DNA from: Hypanus sabinus
Taxonomy: Eukaryota
Length of the DNA stretch: 64,000 bases
Direction of reading: 5' to 3'
Assembly (NCBI RefSeq): GCF_030144855.1
Contig: NC_082725.1
Location: forward strand, 34,534,001-34,598,000
Part shown: piece after piece, positions 12,793 through 24,678 of the stretch
How the letters are laid out: every line of letters begins with the position of its first letter
Numbering within the stretch: the first letter of the stretch is position 1
Notes under the pieces: model-generated
What the model was told of the DNA's origin: nothing
The model's database searches: none
What the model saw: only the letters and a program-made list of their open reading frames with translations
Program-made: the position numbers and the translations under genes

Positions 12793-14490
12793 TATTTAAA
12801 TCCCTTTATGTGCTTAAAAGCAATAACCAGGTGGAGTTTTATTTCTGAAGCACAATTTGGAACTATCAAACAAAAAAAAACTTTTGATCAGTCTCTGTTC
12901 CACCACTTGACAAATCCAATTTTGGAGAGCTAAAAATACAACAGACAAAACTGGTTGCCAATTCTGTTTGTGTATAGTAATCCCTGTACAAATGAGTATT
13001 TTAAATCTTCTCAAAGATGAACTACTTAGTGCCCCTGCACCTAAAATAATCAAATTAAACAAACTCTTGTCGCACCACCAATGGGAACAGATTGCAAATA
13101 CACACCCTGAAGATCAATGCATTCTGAAGCCATGCTTAGTTTTGTGGGTAGATACAAATGCCACCATTTCACTAGTAAACCTCTCTCTTCTCCAGCTCCT
13201 CCCCACACCCTCATACGCATCTATTCTCCAATAATGGTTTACTGGGGTAGTATAATCAGGCATTTTTACTGTTTTAATCAAAAAATGGTGAGATAAAGAA
13301 CTATTAAAACTTTGAGATAGAGAGTTAATTACTACATACCACCCAAGTAATCAGTTGAGAAAAAATGGCAACTTGAAACTCCCCCTTTTAAACATTGTGC
13401 AAGAGATTAGTATTATTCTATATTCCAAAATTATCAAGTGAATAAAGAATCACAAAAGTTACCTTTTTCATTTCCACCTTTCTTTGGCCCTTGTACCTCT
13501 GTACATGACTACATTTACAACATTCTTATATCCACTTGTTGGAAAAATGTAACAAATCCTGATTCAGGGCTCTTTATTTCCCCTCAAAAGTACTTAGCCA
13601 ATCCACATAATTCAAGCTAGATTACACAGCAGCATCCCAGCCTTGAATACTAACAATGTTTGAAGGTCACTTCTGCTGTTTTATGTAGAGTTCTCACGTT
13701 GATCTACCGCAGACTGCAGGCATTTGCAGCCAGAGCTAATCAACTGTCAGGATTTCTCAGTAGATACAAATCCTTTGAGAAAAGGAGTTTACAACAAGTA
13801 TAATGATCCAGGTGTTATCAAAACAGGATCTGTATACATTAGAAGTATTTTTGTAAAATATCAGCACTTGAATGTCAGCAGTACCATTACTTAACCATCA
13901 GTGTAGAAAATTTGAGATTATAGTTCTTGGTCCATTTTTCCTTGCCTTCTCTATTATTCTTTTAATTAAATGTCATAGGAATAGACATTTGCAGAAGACG
14001 GAAGCTGTGTGTCCTTTTGTTCATCATCTGAAACAATCCCCCCTCAGTGTGTGCTGACACCACTTTATATCTTCCCAGGCTTCAAATATTTATCTCAATT
14101 TGAAAATAAAGGGTTTTAAGCATTCTTGGCTTCAGTGAAATAAAGTATTTGAAGACTCTCCAAATAATTCTAGCATCTCTCCTTAAGGTTCAACCAAGTG
14201 GATTGATGCCGGGTGCTGTGTGACAAGAACGGACATTCTACAAGAGGCTTCTGAAAAATGCACACCCCACTTAAATTATGAGCAATTATTTCATAACTTC
14301 ACTTTTGTACTTCATGACCTAATTTTTTAAATTGGTCTTTATGAATCAGTAGTTCAATTTATCAGATAATTATTTTTCTGAACTTTTGGGACTCTGATAA
14401 TCCATACCTTTAACATCTATTCAACTGAGAACAAAAAAAACTTACATTCCTATTCACTTAAAAATGAGCTCACACTTAATTATTCCACAA

Positions 14491-14664
14491 CACAAAATGC
14501 TGGAGGAACTCAGCACGCCAGGCAGCATCGACGGAAAAGAGTACATTCAACGTTTTGGGCTGAGTCTTTTCCTTAAATGCTGACTAGCCTGCTGATTTCC
14601 TCTAGCATTTTGTGTGTGTTGCTTGGATTTCCAGCATCTGCAGATTTTTTTCTTGTTTGTAACC
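14491..14664. mobile_element. Palindromic Penelope-like mini-element (two inverted terminal repeats) with 9-bp TSD ATTCCACAA
   Basis: Left arm 'cacaaaatgctggaggaactcagcacgccaggcagcat' is the approximate reverse complement of right arm 'atgctgactagcctgctgatttcctctagcattttgtg'. ATTCCACAA at 14482-14490 and 14665-14673. Confidence 0.85.
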
Positions 14665-15164
14665 ATTCCACAAACTTGCCAACATTTTCCCTCAATAAGT
14701 GCCAGGCTTTTCACATCAAACCAGTTAAAAATCATCCCCGTCTGCTACTTCAATCTGATTTCATGTATATATTTTATGACTAACATCACTAAAACTAGCC
14801 CAGTACAATTTTATTGATATACAAGTCATTTTACACCAGGAAAGGTTGCAAATTAATCTCTATTTGGTTCTCCAAAACTTGTACACTTTTCCTTCTCTGC
14901 TTACACTTTATAACACTGCTACCAGAAGTTTTGTGCTGAGAAAAAAAAGGGTTTTAACAGTCTCTGAAGGAAGAGTATGCATGATGCCTAATACACCAGA
15001 AGCCTGCTCAGCGTTGTAACATTTTGTAATCTTCTCGCAATCAATTTCAAACAGAAGCACAAATCACTTGCTACAATTTGTCTCCTGCTGATCAGTACTC
15101 AGAAAGTGAACAGCAATTCTGAGAATTTTCTCTTGTCCTTTTCTAGAGGCTGGGTCTGTTTTCC

Positions 15165-15445
15165 ATGGGTGATGACCATAGAGGTTTAGAAAATTATGAG
15201 GGGTATAGAGAGGGTAAATAGTGAGTCTTTCAAGGGAGATAGGTTTAAGGTGAGAAGGGGAAGATTCAAAAGTTTTCCCATACAAGAGTGCCAGGTGTAT
15301 GGAAGCTACAAGAAAGAGGCAGACACATTTACAGCATATAAAAGTCAATAGGACAGGTACATGAACAGGAAAGCTTCAGAGGGACATGTGCCAAACATAG
15401 ACTTGGATGAGATGGGCCGTTGGCCACTCTGTTCTGTATAACTCT
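15165..15445 (+). mobile_element. CR1 LINE 3' end fragment
   Basis: 'gaggtttagaaaattatgaggggtatagagagggtaaata', 'aggtttaaggtgagaagggg', 'ggacaggtacatgaacagg' and tail 'ctgttctgtataactctga' are typical of the CR1 3' end. Confidence 0.75.
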
Positions 15446-16240
15446 GAATTTGTATGTAATATTTGTATAGATTGTAAAGGCAAAATCCTTGAGCTAAAGT
15501 GCTGCACTCACAAAATGTATCACTGTACCTATTATCCCAAATCTTAATCAACAACGACACAAGATGTGTAATAGCAAAATTTAAAGCTCTGTAATAATTT
15601 AATACTCAGGATGTCTACACATTGGGCAAATCTTTTATTTTCTCCAACATTCACTGACTGCCTGGCTCTGGTATACACTTATCTGGACCAAACGTCAAGC
15701 ACTTGGCTACAACTCAGTTTGACATCAGACAGAAAGGTCTCTCTGCCTGCACTGAGAGTGCAACTCAGAATAACTCTAACAGGCAGTGGTTCCTGATCAC
15801 CAGCTGTCAAATCTGTTATAATCACTCAATATCTGCAAATATATTTGATATTCAAATATTCAATAACAAAGAATTTTAAAATGTAATATTAATGTTTCCC
15901 CAGAGCTTACTAGCAAAATTAAATCTCTTGTGCTTACAAACTCACACCCAATGTAAGCAAAAACATTGATACTGGCTTAACTAAACCACCACATAACCCT
16001 TCTCCCTGCACCAGTTTTTCTAACCGTTTGAAATGGGGGATGAGAGGGGTTGGAGGGGGCAGCAGCACAGCCAGCAAGCCAGGAGATTCACAGATGGCTG
16101 CGGCCCAAGCTAAAAACCCAAGAGGCTTCTTCCAAAGGAAACACACACCATGCCCAGCCATTAAAATTGGCATCAAAATCTGCAACTATGAGCCTATAGG
16201 ATTTCAAAAGGGAAGAAATTTCACTGTTCTTCATAGCTAT

Positions 16241-16414
16241 CTTTAAAATGCTAGATCTAAGGAATCAGCCTGCTTTACAATTTGCTCAGCTTTTCTTACC
16301 TAGTAACTTCAGACCAATTAAGCATCACTTGTCTATTCAACTCTTGAAACTGGCCAGTCACGAAGTGGGACTGTAAAGCATCTACTTAAAACTACTGCAT
16401 TGGAAAGCCTGGAT
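16241..16414 (+). repeat. 174-bp direct repeat, copy 1 (probable donor)
   Basis: Matches 17108-17281 with 3 transitions (171/174). Confidence 0.95.
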
Positions 16415-17107
16415 TCCTTTATTTAATTAGTGATAGCCTGCTCAGATCAATGTTGCAATTACATTACATTCTTCATCTGCTGTAGACATTTCTGAGCAAT
16501 TAAACAGCGTGGGTGGCAACTGCATTGGGCACAGAAGTAGAAAAGTGGTAGGAGACAAGCCAATATTTCCAAAATTTCATTTGGGCAATATCAAATATCA
16601 ACTCCAACATAAACATTAGCCAAGCTGATTGAAAACAATACAAAGTTATATTGTTTCACTGCTGATTCTGGAATACACCTCATTAACAGAACATGGACTT
16701 TACCAAAACCAGTTTATAAAGAAATTCTTAAAGCATTTACCTCCTTCCTTATTCAATATGACCTATAGCCCACAAAGTATCAATTATGAATACTTTAGTT
16801 AAAATTTTGCACTGTAAAACCTTCCAAGAGACATATTTCACGCTAAGCTGAATCACAAAGTATTTCAATTATTCATTTACTTTGTCAGAGGCCTTTGCTT
16901 GCAGCTCTCAGACTCCAAGTCATTATGAACATTGAGGTACAAACACAGTAACAACTTATTGAACAGGGTTCACAGATAGCTGGGTGTCAGTTACTATCTA
17001 TTTACAAATAATTCACATGCAGTATGGCCACTCAATAGTATGCAGCAGGGTGATCAGACTCACTCAGATCTATGGCTGAAACTTGGACCTTACTCACAGA
17101 TCATCAC

Positions 17108-17281
17108 CTTTAAAATGCTAGATCTAAGGAATCAGCCTGCTTTACAATTTGCTCAGCTTTTCTTGCCTAGTAACTTCAGACCAATTAAGCACCACTTGTC
17201 TATTCAACTCTTGAAACTGGCCAGTCATGAAGTGGGACTGTAAAGCATCTACTTAAAACTACTGCATTGGAAAGCCTGGAT
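17108..17281 (+). repeat. 174-bp direct repeat, copy 2 (probable inserted copy)
   Basis: Matches 16241-16414. Bracketed by GATCATCACC at 17099-17108 and 17279-17288. Confidence 0.95.
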
Positions 17282-19049
17282 CATCACCAGATCATCAGCA
17301 GTATGGTCATCAAGGGGTAAACTGGCACACTAAATGCGGCCAAAATTAAAAGGCAAAGAGAAGGATAGCATTTTTAACTTAAAATCCCACCTAGGTACTG
17401 TAACACAAAACCGTTGGCAAGGCCACTGTTATTTTAACTTCACTGCCAAAAATATTTAAGATCATATTTGTCCAAGGATGATGAACACACACATACACAC
17501 ACTCCCATCCACCTCCTAAGCCGCCTTCCCTTCACCCCACCACTCAAAACTTTAGATTTAATGAATATTAAGCATTTCTCTAAGTAGACTTGGAGCCAGG
17601 TATGTGTTGAGCATTGGCAACGCTCTGCACAATGGAATTTTTCCTAGCCAGCAGTTTTGTCTGTGGAAACCAGAATGCTGATCCCAACATAAAATGTGAT
17701 ATGCTGTTTTAAAAAAGTAAATGCTCCTCAAATCTGCAGCCAGTACAGTTGAAGCCACATCTGTGTTGCAAAGTGTTCAAAAGGATTGCACTCCACTTCA
17801 AAGGAACTGCATTCAGTATCCAAGTAAGTAAATAGCTTTACTTCCAACACAAAAACACAAGATGATTTGTTTGGATGAAGTACAAGACTAAAAAGCAAAA
17901 GAAATGGAACAAAGGAATGCATCTTAGCAGTCTAACATTGTTGAGGATCTGGAGCATCTAGAAAGTACTGCTTGTCATGTTACCTCAGTGCAAATCACGG
18001 CTTACTGTGACAGCAAACGTGAACTTGCATGCATTTGCAGAGAAGCTCTGAATCACTTTCCCTTTCACCCTTTCCCATCATAACTCTGGATATCAAGATC
18101 CAAAGGAATAACCCTACTCACTCTGTGCCAGTATGGGCCATGGCTACTGAACCCAAGAATTGCCATTTGATAAATAGCAACAGGATCCACAACACCTTGT
18201 TACCTGCAAGCACATCATCCAGACAAAGCTACAACTCAAAAGGGATATATGAATCCCAGCCCTCCAAGGAATACGAAATGAGTCCCATATAATCAACCAC
18301 GAGTTAGTGCAAGGCAATATTTCACCCATAACCAATACAATCATTCATCTCATTACAAATTGTGAGCTCTTGCTTATTATAGATTGCTAGATTTATTCAT
18401 GGAAGAACATTTACACTTTAAAACAATTTATTTTATATATTAAATGGCTTTAATTCTATTAGAATTACACAATTTCACTTACTTTGAACCCAAAAATTTA
18501 CTACATTTTTCAAGTCAAATAGGTCAGTGGACACACCTTTTGGAGTTTCCACTTCATGAACTCCATTCTTTTCCTGAATTTCTCCAAGTTGTTGTCATTG
18601 CTTATTAACACTCAAGAGCACAATGATATTTAATCATTAAAAATGTGCAACCAATGCAAACCTCTGTTCCACCTACCATTTGTTTGCATCCATGACTAAG
18701 TAATAATAGAATGGTATGCAATGGCAGTATTCCTCACCAGAAACACAACGTTCTAGCCGCTGCCTATCCAAATATCAGCTAGCTCAGACCAAACATAAAT
18801 TTAAACATTGCATCCTGGATTGAATGACCCAGTTACACATTGGGTCTGCATGAGTAGGTCTCATCCAATCTTCAGCAATACATCAAAATCATCTATAATA
18901 ACCTGGCACCCTTAGGACATTGGTAGAGCCAGACAAGCATAGCTCCTGGAAAATTAGAGGTTATTCTTACTAACAGCCATGCACACTTCCTATTCTATAC
19001 TCCATAGACAATAGAAAAATCTCTCAAAATCTCTACCCTGCAAAAGATA

Positions 19050-19240
19050 TCCAAGTATTTTGTGTTGTCACTCTTCAAGTATAGCAGGTAGAGGGCTCAG
19101 CTTACGCAATTGCTCCTAATATGACAAACCTAGCTTCTCTGAAACAGGTCTGATGAAACTTCAATGCACTCCTTTGTAAGCAATGCGTCCTTCTTTAGAC
19201 AAGAAAACTGCACACAATATTCGAGGTGGGATCCCACAAC
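19050..19240 (-). mobile_element. CR1 LINE fragment
   Basis: 'aactgcacacaatattcgaggtggg' is the reverse complement of the CR1 RT 'PHLEYCVQF' motif. Confidence 0.6.
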
Positions 19241-19254
19241 GAAGAATTGTTAAG

Positions 19255-20454
19255 AGGCAATTGTTAGCACAAGGAGGTAATGTCAGACCAAACTGGAATC
19301 ACAGATGGATGCTCAATACCTGAGGCAGGGTACAATACAACTTCCTACAAGGCGAGATCAGGTAGTATAAGTGAAAATGACCCTTCACTCCTAGATGAGC
19401 TCAATGCTTTTTATGCATTTTTAATAGAGCTATGGCACAGCTACATGAGCCCCCACAACTCCAGATGCATCTATAATTTCTGTCTGTGGCAGAGGGCGAA
19501 TCCATGAAAGGCATCTGGTCTGGACAGTGTACCAAGTTGAGTATCTTAATATTGTGTGCTTAGCTCCTTGCTCCACTCTCTATAGACAGGTGACCATGTA
19601 ACTAAACTCAACTCTAATGCCACCTTCAAATTTGCTGATGACACTACTGTTGAGTGATTCATGAGCAAGTTAAGACACCTGTTTCAGTGGTACCACAGCT
19701 AAAACCTTTCAGTCAGCTTCAGCAAAACTAAAGAGTTGATTGTTGACTTCAGGGACTGGAGAGGGGACTTTGAAGGATTGGTGAGGGAGCGAGTCAGTAT
19801 GTTTATATTCTTGGGGGTTAACACATCAGTTGACCTGTCCTGGGCCCAGTACATAGATGTAATAAGGAAAGCATGACGGCATACTTACTTTCTTAGGAGA
19901 TTCAGATTGTCACTGAACACTCAAACACAATCCGACTGATGTACTGCTGTACGAATGTTGACTGATTGCTCCCAAGTAGCAGTACCAGGCCATGATACAA
20001 AGGAATTCAAACAACTGCAGAGAGCAGTGAACTTTGGCTAATACCTTTGGCACATTCCTTCCCACCATCTGTGGTATCTGCAGGATGCACTACCTCAGGA
20101 AGGCAACAATCCTCATTGAGTATTTCACCATCTTCTTACAGTTGCCATTGGATAGGAGCTACAGACGGCTCAAGAGCCAAGCCACCATGTTCAAGAACAA
20201 CTTCCCTTCAACCATTTGGTTCTTGAATCAACTGGCAAAACCAGAATCACTAGAGTTTAGCAACGCTTATAACCAATTTGCACTAAATAGACATTTTTGT
20301 TGTACTTGTTCTCTTTCTTATAAAAATTGTGTATAATTTATGTTTTTCTTATGAATGCCAATTATATGATGCTATGATACTGCTTTAAGTCTTCCATAAC
20401 ACCTGGGCATACATGTACCTGTGAATATAACAATAAAATCAACTTTCATTTTGA
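19255..20454 (+). mobile_element. Rex1/Babar-clade LINE, internally deleted
   Basis: SLLDELNAFYAF, FKFADDTTV (FADD catalytic motif), SKTKELIVDFR, LPLDRSYRRLK..TMFKNNF. Tail 'caataaaatcaactttcattttga'. Confidence 0.85.
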
Positions 20455-21599
20455 TCTATCATGTCCCCCTCCACCATTCTCTTTCAAGTCTTATTGCACT
20501 TATTCCTCTTGCTACTTACATTCTCTTAGTACATGAGTGAGGCAGATCAGCTGGTTGAATGGTGTCACATCATCAACCATGCACTTAAATTTCAAATCCA
20601 TTTCCATGTATTCTAATTTTATTCCTTGTGAAGAGCCTATTAAATGCCTTCAGAAAATAAGAGTATAACATGTCTATTCATTTCTGTTATCTGGTCTCTT
20701 AGATATTCTGTCAAAGAATTCCAACAGATCAATCAAACATGAATTTCTGAAAGGGAAATCATGTTGATTCATGGCAATTATATTATTTTGTATGAGCCTT
20801 GACATTAGTCTGATCGATATTAGTTTGAAGATTCAGGTAAAATTTTATCATTATGGTCACTATTTTATTGGGCCATTTTTACAAGTTTATTAATGTAAAT
20901 CTCTTATTACTGCCCTTAAAATAACATCTTTCCCAGTCATTTCTCAACATACTAAACTAGAAATCTATTCTGTACTTATTGAGATTCATCCTTCATGATG
21001 CTGGTACCAATCTGATTATTCCTGTCTACAATCCTCACATTAACGCACTCCCAGTTAGGCATCTCCAATAATTACTCTGCTTTCCAAAGGTCTATGAATA
21101 GCTCTCATTAATATTTTTGCTCGTTGCTACATAGCTTAACTCAAATGAATTCTTACTCGACTCCCAACAGGCTGCACCAAGACCTTTTTTTTTAAACTAT
21201 GGATGTAATTCCTTATTAACAGCATTAAACTGCCTTCTCTTAAATTTTGCCCAACCTTTTCAAATATTAAATATAACTCTGTATACTGGTGTGCAGCAAC
21301 TCATGCTCCTGTTAAGTCTATCAGAATGAACTCTGTTAGCTTGAATTTGCTCAGAATGCCCTTGAATATGATTCAATGTGACACTGGTAATTTTTGGAAC
21401 AGATGATTTTAACCCTGTTCTACCCTAACAGTGACTTCTGAATGTAAACTAAAGGAATACAAATTCATATATTTTAGCACATCGCAACCTGACTTTCCAG
21501 CTTTGCACTGCATTTGAGTTTTTACTTTTCACTAATGATTTCAGACTTTCATCTTTTGCTCCTTTCACATATAATGCCTTTTGTTATTCATTAGACTTC

Positions 21600-21810
21600 T
21601 TCAAATCCTTTTACTGGCACCATGGCTTCTTCCACCTTCATTCTCTCCAGACCTTTTCTATTGTTCTCTCCACTTCTCACTTCTTGTGATGCACTTGTTT
21701 CTAACTTACCCCACTGCTGATAAAAGATCAACTACCTGAAGCATTATCTTTCTCTTCACAGTTGATTACAGACTTGTAGAGTATGTATAATATTTTCTGT
21801 TGTCTACAGT
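21600..21810 (+). mobile_element. Old Penelope-like 3' terminal remnant
   Basis: Pyrimidine-rich stretch followed by degenerate 'ctgataaaag..cctgaagcatt..cacagttgattacagacttgtagagt..tattttctgtt'. Confidence 0.35.
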
Positions 21811-21989
21811 ATTTTTGGACATAATCCAGCTGAACTATTAGCCCACAATTACTATTTAAGGACAGTGTCCTCAATCAATATCCTGACAGTTTTACAGATG
21901 GTATTGCATTTACACATCTCAAACAGAAATAACCATGGTGTCACTGCTCAAGGCAGAAGAGAAAAAATTTTATTGTAGAAGCCAAATTC

Positions 21990-22765
21990 ATCCTCAATTA
22001 GGTCAATGGTAAGGCCATACTTGGAATACTGTGCACAGTTCCAACTGCCTCACCATAGGAAGGATATCCTCGAGCTGGTAAGGGCGCAGGAATGATTCAC
22101 AACATTGTTACGGTGACCAGATGGCTTGAGTTAGAAGGACAGACTGAATAAGCTGGGACTCATTACCCCCTCCCACCAAGTGTCGGAAACCAAATGCTGA
22201 TCTTACATACAAAATCATGACAGGCATAGTTGAGTGGTTATAGTGTTTTCCCCAGGGTATGAAAGCACAAACCAAAGGGAACAGATTTAAGGTGAGAGGG
22301 GAAGATTTAAACAGAATTTGAGGAAGAACCTTTTCCACACAGTTGCCAGAGGAAGTGGTAGATGCATGCACAATTACTATATTTAAATGGATTTTTGGAA
22401 AATTTTAGACAGATATATGGATAAGAAAGGTTTAGAACAGGAATGTTTGACCTTTTATTATGGCAACCCCTGGTTTAGAGAGATATGGGCTAAACAAAGG
22501 GAAATGGACACACATGAGACTGCAATTGTTGAATCCTGACCAACAATCTACTGGAGGAACTTGTAGGTTGAGCAACGTCTGTGAAGAAAAAGGATTGTCA
22601 ACAATTTTGTCATTAACAATTCCTTCCACTTTTCCTCCCCCATCCCCCAATGCTGTTATACTCACTGAATTCCTCTGGCAGATTGCTTGGTGCAGGCAAA
22701 TGGGATTTGGTCAGCATGGACAAGCTGAGCCAAAGGGCCTATTTCCAAGTTGGGTAGCTCTAACT
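21990..22765 (+). mobile_element. CR1 LINE 3' fragment interrupted by a palindromic Penelope-like mini-element (~22509-22690)
   Basis: 'gtaaggccatacttggaatactgtgcacagttc' (RPYLEYCAQF), 'atttaaggtgagagggg' and CR1 tail 'agcatggacaagctgagccaaagggcctatttcc'. The internal inverted repeat runs 'caatctactggaggaact' ... 'gaattcctctggcagattg'. Confidence 0.8.
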
Positions 22766-23487
22766 TCAGGACTCCCTCAAAACAGTATTGACAAAAACAT
22801 TGGGAAATTGGGGGCTGCAGTAGTTTCTTCTGTTCTTTTAACTGATTATTTTCTGAGATGACTCTCTCACATTTCTTCCAATTCATTGACTAATGCAGAG
22901 ACATTTCATTAAATAATTAGACCATTATTTCCTGCATACAATTTAAATTCAAATACAATATGTTTAAAAATAAATAGAAAGGAAGAAGGAGCTCTAATTC
23001 TTTTGATAACTGGATTTGTTTTTACAATTATGCATTGTAGTGTTAATCAGTTTGGATTTCTGGACTTTGCCAAGTAAGTTGAACTCAAATGGAATCATGG
23101 TGGGGACATCACAATAGACGTCTTCTCCTGTGGTAAAGGAAATGAAAATCAACCATGTTCTCCAATGACCTTCCATTGATACAACTGAGTGTATCTGGGT
23201 GTATTCATGTCTGTGTCTATGTGCCCCTCTACCAAATAACACAATTGGAATGCTGTAGCACAAGTTTCTGGTTGAATTTATTTGCTAGTCAGACTTGAAA
23301 CACAAAGGTCTGTTTGTATGTGTAATGATCTCACAATGAAAATGATAATTGCTCTGACTCCTCTTCCTCAAGTGTTCTTGGCATGCATTTAATTGGGGAA
23401 AGCATTATTGGCCTAGAAACTCGTTTTCAATTTAAACTGAGTGATTACTGTCATTAATTTGAGTGCTTTGGTAGCAAAATAGCTATC

Positions 23488-23820
23488 TGGACAGGGATTC
23501 GAATCTAACCTTGGGTGTTACCTGTTAGGGTTTCCAAGTTTTGCCCTGGTCTTCACGTATTTCCTCGGTGTTCTAGTTACCTCTCACATGTGAAAAGTGT
23601 TGACTGATAGGTTAATTGACCACTACAAATTACCTACTGCAAATTAGCCTGATCATAGGAGTTACAGTAAGGTTGGCAGGGAGGGTCTATGAAGGAAAGA
23701 GAGAAGTTGATGGGCTTACGCGAGATGTGTTACTGGGAAATAACTGAGGGAATGGAATGGGTAAGGTTACACTGAAAAGTTAACACAGGTTCAATAGGGT
23801 GAATAGCTTTCCCTATTGTG
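23488..23820 (+). mobile_element. V-SINE/HE1-like tRNA-derived SINE (degenerate)
   Basis: B-box-like 'ggattcgaatct', V-domain-like 'tttcctcggtgttctagttacctctcaca..taggttaattgaccactacaaattacc' and a CR1-like tail. Confidence 0.65.
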
Positions 23821-23963
23821 AAGCTCAGCGTCTAATTGGAGACAAAAAGCTTTTAAATACCTTATTAATAATACTTTTTTCTGGTAAACGACCATTGCAA
23901 ACAATAACCTGTAGCTTTTCTTTCAGAAATGAGCTTTTGAACACGATAATCTGTTATTTTCAT

Positions 23964-24180
23964 TAACACAAAGTACGCTGCAGATGCTGGGGTCAAAGCA
24001 ACACGTACAACAGGCTGGAGGAATTCAGCAGGACAGGCAGCATCTGTGGAAACGAGCAGTCAATGTTTCGGGCTGAGACCCTTTGTCAGGACAGACTAAG
24101 GATCTTGGCCCGAAACGTTGACTGCGCATTTCCACGGATGCCACCTGACCTGCTGAGTTCCTCCAGCGTGTTGTACCAGG
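23964..24180. mobile_element. Palindromic Penelope-like mini-element with 9-bp TSD TATTTTCAT
   Basis: Two inverted terminal repeats meet at degenerate hammerhead motifs (~24058-24125). TATTTTCAT at 23955-23963 and 24181-24189. Confidence 0.88.
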
Positions 24181-24191
24181 TATTTTCATGC

Positions 24192-24678
24192 TGTGAACTG
24201 AAGACTCAAAGGTGCAGTATGGTTGCAGCATGGCAGTGGAATTGAGGGTGTTCAGTTTGGCAAAACCGGGGCAAGGAAGAATCAAGGCGGAGCCTGGGCC
24301 TAGGTCTGTGAGCAAGGATTGGACGATTTCAGCGCTGGGCCAGATTGAAAAGGTCAGGGAGTAGGGGCCAGAGGCAAGGTATTTGCCAGTTCGGCTCACT
24401 GCTCCACAACGTTTACTCAGCTCTGTGTTAAACTGTGTGTCCTGCTCGTGAATTGGCTGCAGTGATGCCTGGTCTTGTGTCTGTGAACGGACTCACTTTT
24501 GTAAACTTCAGTTCTGAATACTATTTGCTTAACTGTGTGTATGATTTGGTTTTTTTCCCCTCATCTACACATTGGGTGTTTGATGGTCTTCTGGGTTCTG
24601 CTGGGTTTCTTTGCTTTGAGGCAAATCTCAAGATTGTATAAAGTATACAATCACGAATAAATGTACATTGAACTTTGA
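24192..24678 (+). mobile_element. Non-coding retroposon with Rex1/Babar-like 3' tail
   Basis: GC-rich body. Ends 'aatctcaagattgtat...aataaatgtacattgaactttga', like the Rex1 tails in this window. Confidence 0.55.

Noticed and set aside
17740-17829. Possible plus-strand exon (ctgcag|...caa|gtaagt)
   Set aside because: Weak polypyrimidine tract; translations not recognisable; no partner exons found.
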